Virus record (IMG/VR): IMGVR_UViG_3300028393_004061
Location: 14,189 to 78,188 of that record
Reading direction: 5' to 3' (one strand)
DNA length: 64,000 nucleotides
DNA from: a virus
Taxonomy: Duplodnaviria; Caudoviricetes
Part shown: positions 20,647 to 30,582 of the stretch, in pieces
Position numbering within the stretch: position 1 is the first letter of the stretch
Layout: each line of letters opens with the position of its first letter
Notes under the pieces: model-generated
Database searches by the model: none
Seen by the model: only the letters and a program-made list of their open reading frames with translations
What the model was told of the DNA's origin: nothing
Translations under genes and position numbers: made by a program

Positions 20647-20654
20647 TATTTATG
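20647..20654 (-). promoter_or_regulatory. Putative late promoter (CATAAATA) 5 nt upstream of ATG
   Basis: The minus strand reads cataaata-ataaa-ATG; no Shine-Dalgarno. Confidence 0.5.
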
Positions 20655-20723
20655 TCTTACTTACGCAAAAATTGTAATATAGTTAAATAGAAGTTTTGAT
20701 ATTCATAAACAAAGGAGAATAAC

Positions 20724-20984
20724 ATGGGTGGTTTATTAGGAGTTTGGAATTGGGTTACTGGAAAAAAGAAGTGTGACAAATGCGGATCGTATGACACTCA
20801 ACAAGTTGAGAAGAAATTACTTGAATCGGAACAGAGATGGGAAACTGATTTTGCTTATATAGATTTTAAAAATAATACAAGACCTCAAGCTGTATTTACT
20901 CGTTCCTATTATGGCATAGTTAGCAAATGTAATGATTGTGAAGATTTATTTTACGATGTTGATTTTGTAAAAAGAAGAGCATAA
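20724..20984 (+). CDS. Small zinc-ribbon protein
   Basis: CDKC and CNDC pairs; AAGGAG SD. Confidence 0.65.
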   Translation: MGGLLGVWNWVTGKKKCDKCGSYDTQQVEKKLLESEQRWETDFAYIDFKNNTRPQAVFTRSYYGIVSKCNDCEDLFYDVDFVKRRA

Positions 20985-21012
20985 TTTTATACATATGATC
21001 AAAGGAGAATTC

Positions 21013-21831
21013 ATGGCAAAGAAAATACCAAGCATAGCATTACAAAAAGGGCCAGATTTATTTTACCCTGGCTCAAGAACTCAAATGACTCATCGTGGAG
21101 TTGGTTCTCAAACATTTATTTATACCAAGTATGCCGACCCCAAAGGCAAAAGAATATTTGTAGCACCAGCTAGTGTTTCGCATGTGAGTTTGATTGAAAA
21201 AAATCCTGATATATTAAAGGCTTTATTTGGCCCTAAACTTGATACTGTGATGCCAGAAATTACAGAAAAAATTAATGGCAAAGTCACACTTGATGGTTAT
21301 GCGATCAGATCAAAAACCATAGATGATAATGTTTATGGAAGAACTGGATACTATCAAGGTCATAAAGTTATTATGTTCTGGTATGTTAAAAACTGGGCCA
21401 TGGCTTTAGAGGCATTAGATCAACTTGATGTTTCTGATGACGATATTATCACTGTTGGAACTAGCGAAGTTGGTTCGGTTGCAAGTGTTAAAAAAAAGCA
21501 CTTTAAAAAACAATCAAAGGTGATAGTAGATAAAAAGGCTGATGATAAACAAAAGGCTTTGGATCTTATAAAATATCATACTGCCACTGGAATTGAAAAA
21601 GAAGCTTTAAGAAAAAAGTTATTTTCTAATGATAGTGGAGTACAGTATCCAGATGTGAGTAAAATGTCGCCAGAGGAAATACAAGAATATCCATGGAAAA
21701 GACAACATTGGAGACAAAAGGCGAAAGAAGAAGGATTACCAGATCCTTTTGATTATGGGGAATCTACTGATCATGACAAAAAGAAAGGTTTTTCACAATG
21801 GATGAAGAAACGATTGAAAAAAGACTCTTAG
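21013..21831 (+). CDS. Hypothetical protein (C-terminal FSQWM motif)
   Basis: Long ORF; AAGGAG SD precedes ATG 21013 (track start 20995). Confidence 0.75.
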   Translation: MAKKIPSIALQKGPDLFYPGSRTQMTHRGVGSQTFIYTKYADPKGKRIFVAPASVSHVSLIEKNPDILKALFGPKLDTVMPEITEKINGKVTLDGYAIRSKTIDDNVYGRTGYYQGHKVIMFWYVKNWAMALEALDQLDVSDDDIITVGTSEVGSVASVKKKHFKKQSKVIVDKKADDKQKALDLIKYHTATGIEKEALRKKLFSNDSGVQYPDVSKMSPEEIQEYPWKRQHWRQKAKEEGLPDPFDYGESTDHDKKKGFSQWMKKRLKKDS

Positions 21832-22070
21832 AAAATGAATTCCTTGCTTTAAAACTTGGGATTAAAGTCGAAAAAGATATATCGACTGAATCTAAGAACT
21901 TTAAATTTAGTGTTAAAGATAAAATTTACAAGATTCGTGGTCGAAAATGTAATATTTTAGAAACAATTTTATTTGATGTGCAAAACGGCACTGGAAATTG
22001 GGTCAAAGATGTTGCTAATGAACTAGGAATTGAAGAATGTCTACTTGGAAAAATAAAGGTAAAGTCATGA
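21798..22070 (+). CDS. Hypothetical protein
   Basis: Overlaps the previous gene and is coupled (ATGA) to the next. Confidence 0.6.
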   Translation: MDEETIEKRLLENEFLALKLGIKVEKDISTESKNFKFSVKDKIYKIRGRKCNILETILFDVQNGTGNWVKDVANELGIEECLLGKIKVKS

Positions 22071-22231
22071 AATATTTAATATTTGTTCTTACTTTGTGTG
22101 TTTTTGGTTGTAGAGTAACAGAAGAGTCGAAGTGGGAAAGTTCTGTTCAATCTAATACAAGAATTTGGACAGATAGACCTCAAGCTGTTGAATACATTGA
22201 TTTGACAGCAACATTAAAAAGAAACTGGTAA
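22067..22231 (+). CDS. Small putative lipoprotein
   Basis: MKYLIFVLTLCVFG-C signal with a lipobox-like cysteine; ATGA overlap start. Confidence 0.55.
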   Translation: MKYLIFVLTLCVFGCRVTEESKWESSVQSNTRIWTDRPQAVEYIDLTATLKRNW

Positions 22232-22246
22232 CATAAGGAGAATGTC

Positions 22247-22645
22247 TTGTCTTTTTTAAAAATTTATAATGGCGAAGAAGAAACTAATGTTTCAACTGAA
22301 GTGTTTAATGTTCCAAACAACAATTCAAACAAAATGGTTGGAACTTCTAAAAGTGTAATCGATACTTCGAAAGAAATTGATCGTACTCAAAGCAAGGTAA
22401 ATAATGCTCGTGTCGATTTTGTTGGAGAGCATGTGATTTTAGAGCCATTCGTAAAAAATGAATGTGAATATGAGACACAACAAGTTGCAGAAAATAAATG
22501 TGAGATGCAACAAGTTGTAGAAAATGAATCATGCCTTAAAAAAGACATTGAAGAATTCTTTGAGTGGAGTCTTAAAATTCAACAAGAAAAAAAAGATAAT
22601 GGTTTAATGAAAAAAATCACATCTTTTTTTTCTTGTGTAGTTTAA
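22247..22645 (+). CDS. Hypothetical protein with a short internal repeat (CE-x-QQV-x-EN)
   Basis: AAGGAG SD; the repeat is visible at DNA level. Confidence 0.6.
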   Translation: MSFLKIYNGEEETNVSTEVFNVPNNNSNKMVGTSKSVIDTSKEIDRTQSKVNNARVDFVGEHVILEPFVKNECEYETQQVAENKCEMQQVVENESCLKKDIEEFFEWSLKIQQEKKDNGLMKKITSFFSCVV

Positions 22646-23133
22646 AGCTTGTTGAATACTAGGCTGCTGTAATCGCTTCCACCAGTTTTAAGAATGTATC
22701 CTTTATCTGGTAAGGTTCCAGCCATATCTTCTTCTGCTTTTCCTGTCAGTTCAAAAAAGCGATTTATTTCTCTTCTGACACTTTCAGAAACTTTTTTAGC
22801 TGCTTCATCTGCATCCATGGTTTCGCCCATGAAATCGGCAAACATTTTGTCTATATTGAGTCCATAAGCTTTTCCAAAAGGCTGTGTCTCTTCTGCATTT
22901 TGAATTCGGAATGCCATAATCTTTCCTCTTGGATATATTCTTATGCCTTCAAATGAAAAGTTCTCATTTGGTGCTTTGACAAACAAATAAGGATCTCCAT
23001 CATTAAACAATTCTTTAACTTCTAACTTTTGACTGCCAGATGTTAAAATTTTAGATATCAAGCTTAGATGTTCTCTATCTTCTCTCTCTTTGTGATTTAT
23101 AAATTCATTGAATAACAACATATCATTCTCCAT
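22642..23133 (-). CDS. Hypothetical protein, N-terminal FNEFI tag
   Basis: Start revised to ATG 23133, just after the upstream stop; co-transcribed with the two upstream genes. Confidence 0.7.
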   Translation of the reverse strand: MENDMLLFNEFINHKEREDREHLSLISKILTSGSQKLEVKELFNDGDPYLFVKAPNENFSFEGIRIYPRGKIMAFRIQNAEETQPFGKAYGLNIDKMFADFMGETMDADEAAKKVSESVRREINRFFELTGKAEEDMAGTLPDKGYILKTGGSDYSSLVFNKL

Positions 23134-23140
23134 AATTTGG

Positions 23141-24466
23141 TTAGCAAACACGCAAGAGACATTCGCTTGCACTAGGAACACATCTCATTAAGACTCTTAG
23201 GTCGCTTGGATTTCCGTTATATGGAATTTCTTGCCACAACAACCCAGTAAATGAAGATGATGCTTCTTTTAGTATTTGTTGCGATGCTGTCAGGTACAAA
23301 ATACCATCAATTCTTTCCATGAAATCATTTTCTTCTATGACAGGCTTTCCATCTTTGTCTAATGATCCTGTATTCTTCAAATAGACAACTTTCATATCAA
23401 CTGCTGGAAGAATCTTACCATCATCATCAATCATGGCTTCTGAATTTTGAGAAAGTATGGTTTTTACCAATAGCTTTCCTTCGGTATAAGCATTTCGAAG
23501 TGATGTGCCTAAATCCCAGCCAATAGAATTTATAGTTCCATCTTTAGAAACAACATGAATTATAAATGCTCTTTTCTTAAATGTATTGCTAATACTTTCC
23601 ATAACAATTCTTCTTCTTAGAACATCTCTTTCTTCTGGACTACCTTCTTCTAGTCTCTTAATTTCTGGTTCGGATAAGTACTTTTCTGGATCTTCTTCTT
23701 TTAAGCACCATTTTCCAATTTCAACTCTTCCCCATTTGTCATTAAATCTTGTTGAAATTCTAATGGAATAATCTTTTTCGTTGTAGATAAGATCTTCTGT
23801 ATTTGCTCCACTTCCAACTTGAACCGCACCAATGAGTGATGATATAAATTTTCTATGCATATCACCTTTAGCACCAAGCAAACCTTTTATTTTTATAAAT
23901 ACATTGTTTAATTCTGGCATTGTTTGCAATGTAGAATTAATGTGAGCAGCCAAAGAACTTGCTGGACTATTTTGATCTAATTCGCCCTTGGTTAATTTTC
24001 TTATTTCTTTAGCAGCCTTATCAATGTTTGCATTTTGTCTTAAAAACAAAATTTGAAGATTGTCTTCAACAAATTTACGAGGATATGATTCAAGATCACG
24101 ATCACGAATTTGATGAATCAGATCAATTAGCTTGTTTACATCATTCTTGGTTGATTCTCTGAAGAATGTATCTTGCCATTCTTCAAATGCCATATCTTTT
24201 TCTTCTTTTGGCATATCGGGAGATTGGGGATCTTGCGATACATCTGGGATTTCCGTATCTTTTTCAATTCCTTTTCCCTGAGTTGGGGAATCTTTAGCCA
24301 TACTAACATTATCTGCTGGAGGATTATTAGGATCTGTGGCATTATTTGTAGTTGGTTGCTCTTGGGCAGGTGGAACTCCTAATCCTACTTGTGGAGGGCC
24401 ACCTGATGGATTAACATTTGGATCACCAACTTCATTCAACCATTCTTCGATTGCGATATTATACAT
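23141..24466 (-). CDS. Hypothetical protein (Pro/acidic disordered N-terminus), possible head-associated protein
   Basis: 441-aa ORF with N-terminal IEEWLNE tag; AAGGA SD. Confidence 0.75.
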   Translation of the reverse strand: MYNIAIEEWLNEVGDPNVNPSGGPPQVGLGVPPAQEQPTTNNATDPNNPPADNVSMAKDSPTQGKGIEKDTEIPDVSQDPQSPDMPKEEKDMAFEEWQDTFFRESTKNDVNKLIDLIHQIRDRDLESYPRKFVEDNLQILFLRQNANIDKAAKEIRKLTKGELDQNSPASSLAAHINSTLQTMPELNNVFIKIKGLLGAKGDMHRKFISSLIGAVQVGSGANTEDLIYNEKDYSIRISTRFNDKWGRVEIGKWCLKEEDPEKYLSEPEIKRLEEGSPEERDVLRRRIVMESISNTFKKRAFIIHVVSKDGTINSIGWDLGTSLRNAYTEGKLLVKTILSQNSEAMIDDDGKILPAVDMKVVYLKNTGSLDKDGKPVIEENDFMERIDGILYLTASQQILKEASSSFTGLLWQEIPYNGNPSDLRVLMRCVPSASECLLRVC

Positions 24467-24968
24467 TTTGTTCCTTTTTATTCTTCGCCTTATTCACAGC
24501 CTCAATCAATGCTCTACGGGAACCAGTTTCACTAATGTTAATTGTGTTATTTTGATTAGCTGCTAAGTATTTAGGGAATGTGTCTTTATCTTTTAACTTT
24601 ACTCTTGTCATTAAATCCGCAACTTTTGACATTTTGTCTGTCATATCTGATTTTATTTTAACAAGATTTACAAGTGCCTCTTTGCTTGAGCTTGTTGCGT
24701 CTCCCTCATTGATAACCATTTCTGCCATAGTATCTATAAATCCAGCAACCTGTTGTCTATCTTCTCTGATACATCCTAAAATTTCAGAGTATATATCAAC
24801 AAGCTGATCATCGGAAACAATATTACTTGGTTCCATTTCAGGAAGTTGATTGCCGACACTTACATTCATTTTTGGCATAAGGTGTTGAAGATTTTGTTCT
24901 TCAATAATGTCAATTGTCGATAATTCTTCCAAATTTTCAATTTCTTCAGTAATGTCTTTGGTCATCAT
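24459..24968 (-). CDS. Hypothetical helical protein
   Basis: 169-aa ORF overlapping the next gene's start. Confidence 0.7.
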   Translation of the reverse strand: MMTKDITEEIENLEELSTIDIIEEQNLQHLMPKMNVSVGNQLPEMEPSNIVSDDQLVDIYSEILGCIREDRQQVAGFIDTMAEMVINEGDATSSSKEALVNLVKIKSDMTDKMSKVADLMTRVKLKDKDTFPKYLAANQNNTINISETGSRRALIEAVNKAKNKKEQNV

Positions 24969-25005
24969 ATAATATATAGTTTATCCATGGAAGAAATGAA
25001 CTAAT

Positions 25006-25341
25006 ATGACACAACAAAAACAAAATTCGAGAGAGATTGAATATTTTCAAATCCAAATAACTGATTCATTACAGAAGTGTATTGAAATAACAACAAGACT
25101 TGATGAAAGAATACAAGTTTTATTTGATGATAGCAGCGAATTTGCTTCGGATATTAAGGAAATGAAAAACAAATTACATGAACTTGATATAAAAACTTCT
25201 AATTTGGCACTTAAAATGGAAAGCCATTCTTCTAAAATAGAAAGCCATTCTGACAAGTGGTCAAAGCTATTAGACTGGACTTTTAAAATAGCATTGACAG
25301 CAATTTCGACATTTGCAGCATATAAACTTGGACTAAATTAA
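25006..25341 (+). CDS. Coiled-coil protein with C-terminal membrane anchor (holin/XhlA-like architecture)
   Basis: Heptad-like region followed by WTFKIALTAISTFAAYKLG. Confidence 0.5.
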   Translation: MTQQKQNSREIEYFQIQITDSLQKCIEITTRLDERIQVLFDDSSEFASDIKEMKNKLHELDIKTSNLALKMESHSSKIESHSDKWSKLLDWTFKIALTAISTFAAYKLGLN

Positions 25342-25391
25342 AAAAAATAGAGATAGAACAGTAAATATTATGATAAACTTTTTTGGGGTAA

Positions 25392-26864
25392 ATGATGAAA
25401 AATAAATTTGCTAATTATATTGCGTATAGAGAACAGAATGAAGACAAGCCAAATAACAATGTATTGTCTAAAATAAAACTTAAAAAGAATGATGGTTCTA
25501 ATGACTTTTTACCATTCTCAGTATCGAAATCATCAAGGCCAAATCTTAGGATTTTGCTTAAGGCTTTTGATATAAGCGATCAAGTTTCTCTTGGCTATAC
25601 AACTATTGAAAAAAATAAAGGCGAAGTAGAGCCAACTCTTAAAAAGAAAGTTATTTATCTTACTGGTGGTGCCGTAAGAGATCACTTGAAAAATAAAACT
25701 CCAAAAAACTACAATCTCGTCACCAATGCTACGGCTAGTGAAATTAAATTAATATTAAAGCACCCAGATAATAGATTTATTGAAATAGCACCACAAAAAC
25801 CAGAAAAAGCATCACTTGAAAAGTACAATCGATTACCAGAAGCATCTGAAAAAAATAAAATGTTTTATGCTTCGAGATGGGATAAAAGCGGAAAAGAAAT
25901 TGAATTCACAATTGTAATCAATGATGAAAAGTTTAATTTGGCAACCATGAGCAAGGCATCTAAAAGTGGAATGGTAGAACCAGAATCGGCAGATAGTACT
26001 GATTCTATTGAAGATGATGCTCACAATAGAGACTTTACAATTAATTCTCTTTACTTGCCTTTGAATAACTCAGATGGAGATAATACAGACTTAATTGATA
26101 TGTATGGTGGCGCACATCACCTTAAAAACAATCAGATTGTTAGCGTAAATGATGATTTCGAATCCAGAGTAAACGAAGATCCAAGTACTGCACTTCGATA
26201 TATTCGAATGATATCAAAATTTGGAGATTCTGATAGACCTTCCAAAAAACATATAAGTATCATCAAGAAAAATGATAAATTATTTGATCTTCCAAAAGAT
26301 GTTTTGAAAAAAGAATTTTTATCTAATCTCGAAGATCCAGATATCGATACAAGAAAGTATTTAAAGTTACTTGATGGTCTTGGTATTCTACATCACATTC
26401 ATCCAGCTTCAAATTTAGATGATATGCCACCAAATCTAGTTGGTGATCGTTGGTTAACTCCAGCTTGGTTGGCAAAAGATGAAGATGCAGAAAGCCTTAA
26501 AGATATGCTTATAGATCATGGTTGGAGCAAACAAGAAGCTTCTGATATTTCACATCTTGTTAAAATGCATCAATGGGCAAAAAATAAATATGATCCTAAT
26601 ATGTTTTATGATTTAAAGAATCACAAGCATGGTATGACATCAAATAAAGTCAAAGAATGGATGAAGATGAGCAATTTCAAAGATCCTCAAGTAGCCGCCT
26701 TCTTTATGCATGATGATTCTGATTTAAAACCATATGTTGATACCAGCATGGGCAAAAAGATTAACCCAGAATATATAAATTCTCTTGGTCGCACTCCACA
26801 AGGTGATGATTTTGAAAAAACAAAAAGACATTTATCAACAAAAAGATTTATGGATAGCTATTGA
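25392..26864 (+). CDS. CCA-adding/poly(A) polymerase-fold (class II nucleotidyltransferase) protein with altered catalytic motif
   Basis: YLTGGAVRDHL, RDFTINSL and EDP..ALR motifs are present, but the catalytic DxD reads NYN. Confidence 0.85.
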   Translation: MMKNKFANYIAYREQNEDKPNNNVLSKIKLKKNDGSNDFLPFSVSKSSRPNLRILLKAFDISDQVSLGYTTIEKNKGEVEPTLKKKVIYLTGGAVRDHLKNKTPKNYNLVTNATASEIKLILKHPDNRFIEIAPQKPEKASLEKYNRLPEASEKNKMFYASRWDKSGKEIEFTIVINDEKFNLATMSKASKSGMVEPESADSTDSIEDDAHNRDFTINSLYLPLNNSDGDNTDLIDMYGGAHHLKNNQIVSVNDDFESRVNEDPSTALRYIRMISKFGDSDRPSKKHISIIKKNDKLFDLPKDVLKKEFLSNLEDPDIDTRKYLKLLDGLGILHHIHPASNLDDMPPNLVGDRWLTPAWLAKDEDAESLKDMLIDHGWSKQEASDISHLVKMHQWAKNKYDPNMFYDLKNHKHGMTSNKVKEWMKMSNFKDPQVAAFFMHDDSDLKPYVDTSMGKKINPEYINSLGRTPQGDDFEKTKRHLSTKRFMDSY

Positions 26865-26962
26865 TAATATTGTGGTAAATAAATTATATAAATTTAATAT
26901 TTTTGTATTAATCAATAATTTAAATATTTATCAATAAAACTTATTTTTAATAAAAATCAATT

Positions 26963-27664
26963 ATGATAATACAATCTTTATGGATAGGAAATAATTTAAG
27001 CAGAATGGAGGTTTCATCCATAAAGTCATTTTTATCTTTAGGATATACTTATCATTTGTATTCTTATTCACATATAAATAATGTTCCCAAAGGCGTAAAA
27101 ATTTTAGATGGAAATGAAATTATAGATAGATCTGAAATTTTTACTTATAATCTTCCAGATCATCTAGGGGGCAATAGCTTTTCTGCATTTTCTAATTTTT
27201 TTAGATACAAATTACTTTATGAAAAAGGTGGCTGGTGGGTTGATACTGATGTTTATGCTTTGAGACATTTGCCTTTAAATGAATATGTTTTGGCAAAAGA
27301 AAATGAAAATAAAATTTCTTCATGTATATTAAAATTTCCTCCAAAACATAAATTTAGTAAGATTTGTTTTGAAAAATGCAAAGAGAAAAATAAAGATAAT
27401 TTAAAATGGGGAGAGACTGGACCATTATTGGTTACTGAGGTTGCCAAACAAATGAAATTAGAAACTTTTAAAGTACAAGAATTTTTTCCTATAAATTATG
27501 ATGAGATTGAAATGTTTTTTAAACCGATAAATATTCCAAGTTCTTATACGATTCATTTTTGGAATGAAATGTGGAGAAGAAAAAAAATATATAAAAATAA
27601 AGTATATGATAAAAAAACTTTGTATGAAAGACTTATTTCTACTTTTGAAACAAAACTTTTATAA
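26963..27664 (+). CDS. Glycosyltransferase, GT32/Gb3-synthase/capsular-synthesis-like
   Basis: SLWIG, FSNFFRYKLLYEKGGWWVDTDV, WGETGP and HFWN motifs. Confidence 0.85.
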   Translation: MIIQSLWIGNNLSRMEVSSIKSFLSLGYTYHLYSYSHINNVPKGVKILDGNEIIDRSEIFTYNLPDHLGGNSFSAFSNFFRYKLLYEKGGWWVDTDVYALRHLPLNEYVLAKENENKISSCILKFPPKHKFSKICFEKCKEKNKDNLKWGETGPLLVTEVAKQMKLETFKVQEFFPINYDEIEMFFKPINIPSSYTIHFWNEMWRRKKIYKNKVYDKKTLYERLISTFETKLL

Positions 27665-28213
27665 TAATAAATTTAAAAAACTTTTTTTACTTTTAATCTT
27701 TAGTAAAAAAGTATAATCTTTTGTCCACAATAAATCATAAATGTTTTGTTGAATTACACGCATGACAGCTTTTTGTACTTGTTTTTTTTGCCAGTCATCT
27801 CCAAGTAATAAACCGTCTTTTTTCAATAGCGGAAAACATTCTAGTAAATCCCAATACACGCTTTCCTCTTTGTGGCAAGCATCCAAATAAATAAAATCAA
27901 TACTTTCTTTTTTAAAATATTTTTTTATATTTATAGATTTATCTTCTATGATATTTACTCTATTCAAAAAATCATATTTAAATAAATTATTTTTAAAATA
28001 TTGTTTTGTTTTATTTGGCCATATATCAAAACAATTCAATTTTATATATTCGTTTTTTTTAAGCATAAATATGGCAGATCTTCCTTTCCAACTTCCAATT
28101 TCTACTATAGTTGATTGAAGATTGTATGAGGCTAACAATTCACTAATTACATTTTCATGTTCTTCAACCATCCAATTTTCATGTAAATCATCATATTTAT
28201 TTGTAATTGCCAT
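27659..28213 (-). CDS. Class I SAM methyltransferase (Methyltransf_24-like)
   Basis: VEIGSWKGRS, DFIYLDACH and LLGDDW. Confidence 0.85.
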   Translation of the reverse strand: MAITNKYDDLHENWMVEEHENVISELLASYNLQSTIVEIGSWKGRSAIFMLKKNEYIKLNCFDIWPNKTKQYFKNNLFKYDFLNRVNIIEDKSINIKKYFKKESIDFIYLDACHKEESVYWDLLECFPLLKKDGLLLGDDWQKKQVQKAVMRVIQQNIYDLLWTKDYTFLLKIKSKKSFLNLLL

Positions 28214-28890
28214 TATATCTCTATTTTTTTGGGCAAATGTTTTTCTATAATTTTTTTATATTTATCTAAATTCAATTTTGGAATATTGTAAATAGACTTT
28301 GTAAGTTTATCATGTTCTGTGAATGGTAAAATGTATTTATCTATCATTTTTTTATCATATGAATCTGCGTATTTATAAGAATTTTTTAAATTTATGCTAT
28401 GATATCTTATAAGCCATAAATAATTTTCTGATAAATATGGTTTTAATTTCATGTATGCAAACTCATCATGATTCCAATTCGTTATACAATTTTTCCAACC
28501 AATATTTTCTTTATGCTCACCAACTATTCCGTTGTCGCAAACAATATTTTCTGGTAATTCATCCGTAAGAAGTAATATTTTTCCAAAATCATGAAGAATT
28601 CCTGCCACAATGAATTCTTCATCAATAACTTTTTTATTTTCCATACTTTCTACAACTTGTAAAGTATGTATCCATTGATTCGTACAATAAAGTTCCTTAT
28701 CGGTAGGATCGATGCACAATGAAAGTTTTTCAATAAGACTCCATGGTTCGACTAATCCAAAAATTACATTTTTATATTTTTTGTTTAAATCTTCTATTTG
28801 ATTGGCACTTTGATTCCAATGAGCCTTTTTGATTTTTCTAGCATTGCCATCGAATTCCATCTGATTTAAATTATTGTTAGACTTTAGCAT
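28213..28890 (-). CDS. myo-Inositol oxygenase-like HD-domain di-iron enzyme
   Basis: IDPTD...HTLQVVE, GILHDFGK, WNHDEFAY, IRYHS and FTEHDKLTK match the MIOX ligand pattern. Confidence 0.8.
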   Translation of the reverse strand: MLKSNNNLNQMEFDGNARKIKKAHWNQSANQIEDLNKKYKNVIFGLVEPWSLIEKLSLCIDPTDKELYCTNQWIHTLQVVESMENKKVIDEEFIVAGILHDFGKILLLTDELPENIVCDNGIVGEHKENIGWKNCITNWNHDEFAYMKLKPYLSENYLWLIRYHSINLKNSYKYADSYDKKMIDKYILPFTEHDKLTKSIYNIPKLNLDKYKKIIEKHLPKKIEI

Positions 28891-28904
28891 TTTTTCTCTT
28901 TGAC

Positions 28905-29597
28905 TTATAAAAGAATATCTTTATATTGTTGGCCTTTAAGCCATATATCATTTTTATAATGAATAATTTTTACATTAGATGGAAAAACTTCTTTAAAATA
29001 GTAAAAATTATAAATATCAGTTGGTACTGTTAAAATTTTCAATTCATTATAATAAATTAAATCATTTCTCTGAAAATCTAAATTTAAAATAATATTTAAT
29101 GCTAATTGATCATTTTTATGTGTTTCAGACATTTTTATCCATTTAGATAAGAAGTTTATGGTTTGTTGTGTGTATTTGAAAAACATAACTCCTGCATTTA
29201 TTTTTCCCATAACGAATCTATGATCTTTTACAGGTTCATTTTTTAATTCTGATTCTCTACGAATTGTTAAACCTATGTCAAAATCTTTTTCTTTTATTTC
29301 GTTCAAAGGTTGATATAGAACTGCGTCTGCATCAAGATAGACTATTGTTTTTTTATATTCCAGCAAAGCATCAAAAATAATTTGTGGTTTATGTATAGCC
29401 TTAGATTTCCATGTGTTGTTTACATGGCAATAAAACCCATCTTTTTGAAATGTTTGATTTTTAACAATATATGACTTTCCATAACCAAGATTTCCAAGAT
29501 CATAAATAACTGGTGTGTAATTTAATTTGATTGTATTTTTAATAGACAATTCAACAATTTTTTTAAATTTTTTATTAGCAGCAGTTAATATAATCAT
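28905..29597 (-). CDS. Nucleotide-diphospho-sugar transferase (GT-A, GT77-like)
   Basis: KPQII, YLDADA, NAGVMF and NDQLALN. Confidence 0.8.
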   Translation of the reverse strand: MIILTAANKKFKKIVELSIKNTIKLNYTPVIYDLGNLGYGKSYIVKNQTFQKDGFYCHVNNTWKSKAIHKPQIIFDALLEYKKTIVYLDADAVLYQPLNEIKEKDFDIGLTIRRESELKNEPVKDHRFVMGKINAGVMFFKYTQQTINFLSKWIKMSETHKNDQLALNIILNLDFQRNDLIYYNELKILTVPTDIYNFYYFKEVFPSNVKIIHYKNDIWLKGQQYKDILL

Positions 29598-29598
29598 T

Positions 29599-30582
29599 TT
29601 ATAAATTCTTTATAAATTTTGCAAAATCATATGTTAATTTATTTATATTCCAAGATTCTATTAATTTATTTTTATTGTCTTCTAAAGTTTCATGAATATT
29701 TTCATAATTTGATAAAACCATTTCTATTTTTTGCTCCAAGTCGCAAAAATCTGGCGAACATGGAATATATCTTTTTCCATTTTCAAATATATCAATAGGA
29801 TAGCAAAAAACATGATTACTATTTGGTTTAATCAAAACTGTTTTGGTATACATAGATTGAAAATCTCTATAATTCCATTCCCCCATACCCCATGGAGATA
29901 AGCAAATTTTAGATTTATTTAATATGTCTTGATATGTTTTTTGATCAAGTGTTATTTTTCCATTTTTTTCTGCATACAAAAAAACATTATATTTTGATTT
30001 CAATTCGTTTAATTTTTTTACAACTATATTACGATGCCAATTCAATATATTTGGTTTACTTATACCATCATAACAAATATTTCCAACAAACATCACATCA
30101 TATTCTTTTTTACATGATGGCAAATTTTTATAAGATAAAAATCTATCTTGTATTGATGTTGGTATTAGACATTTAATTTTTTTTAAATTGTCACAAGATA
30201 TTTTTATATTTTGCTCTTCATTTTCACCTAATTTTGCATAATTATTTAGTAATTTGCAATGGTATCTTCCAGAATACACATCTGAATTATGCAACTTTTC
30301 ATCTCTTAAAGTTGTTGTTTTTATTATAGATAAAACATCATTTCTATCAATTGCCTCCCTAACATGTTTATGATATAATATCGAAGAATCTGCTCTCTCT
30401 ATAATAATTTTAGGTTGTTTGTTTTCAATATATTCAGGATATAATCTGCTATGTATTAGTAAAATGTCTGCATTATTTTTTGTAAAGCTTATTCCATAGT
30501 CCTCTAAATTATATTTAAGTATTGGCGAAGGCTCCGTTTTTTCTGTTCCAATATCACCCAAAATAGGATTTATTCGAATCAT
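29599..30582 (-). CDS. Glycosyltransferase, GT-B-like (paralog of 33318..34298)
   Basis: SKICLSPWGMGEWNYRDF...LIKP. Confidence 0.7.
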   Translation of the reverse strand: MIRINPILGDIGTEKTEPSPILKYNLEDYGISFTKNNADILLIHSRLYPEYIENKQPKIIIERADSSILYHKHVREAIDRNDVLSIIKTTTLRDEKLHNSDVYSGRYHCKLLNNYAKLGENEEQNIKISCDNLKKIKCLIPTSIQDRFLSYKNLPSCKKEYDVMFVGNICYDGISKPNILNWHRNIVVKKLNELKSKYNVFLYAEKNGKITLDQKTYQDILNKSKICLSPWGMGEWNYRDFQSMYTKTVLIKPNSNHVFCYPIDIFENGKRYIPCSPDFCDLEQKIEMVLSNYENIHETLEDNKNKLIESWNINKLTYDFAKFIKNL

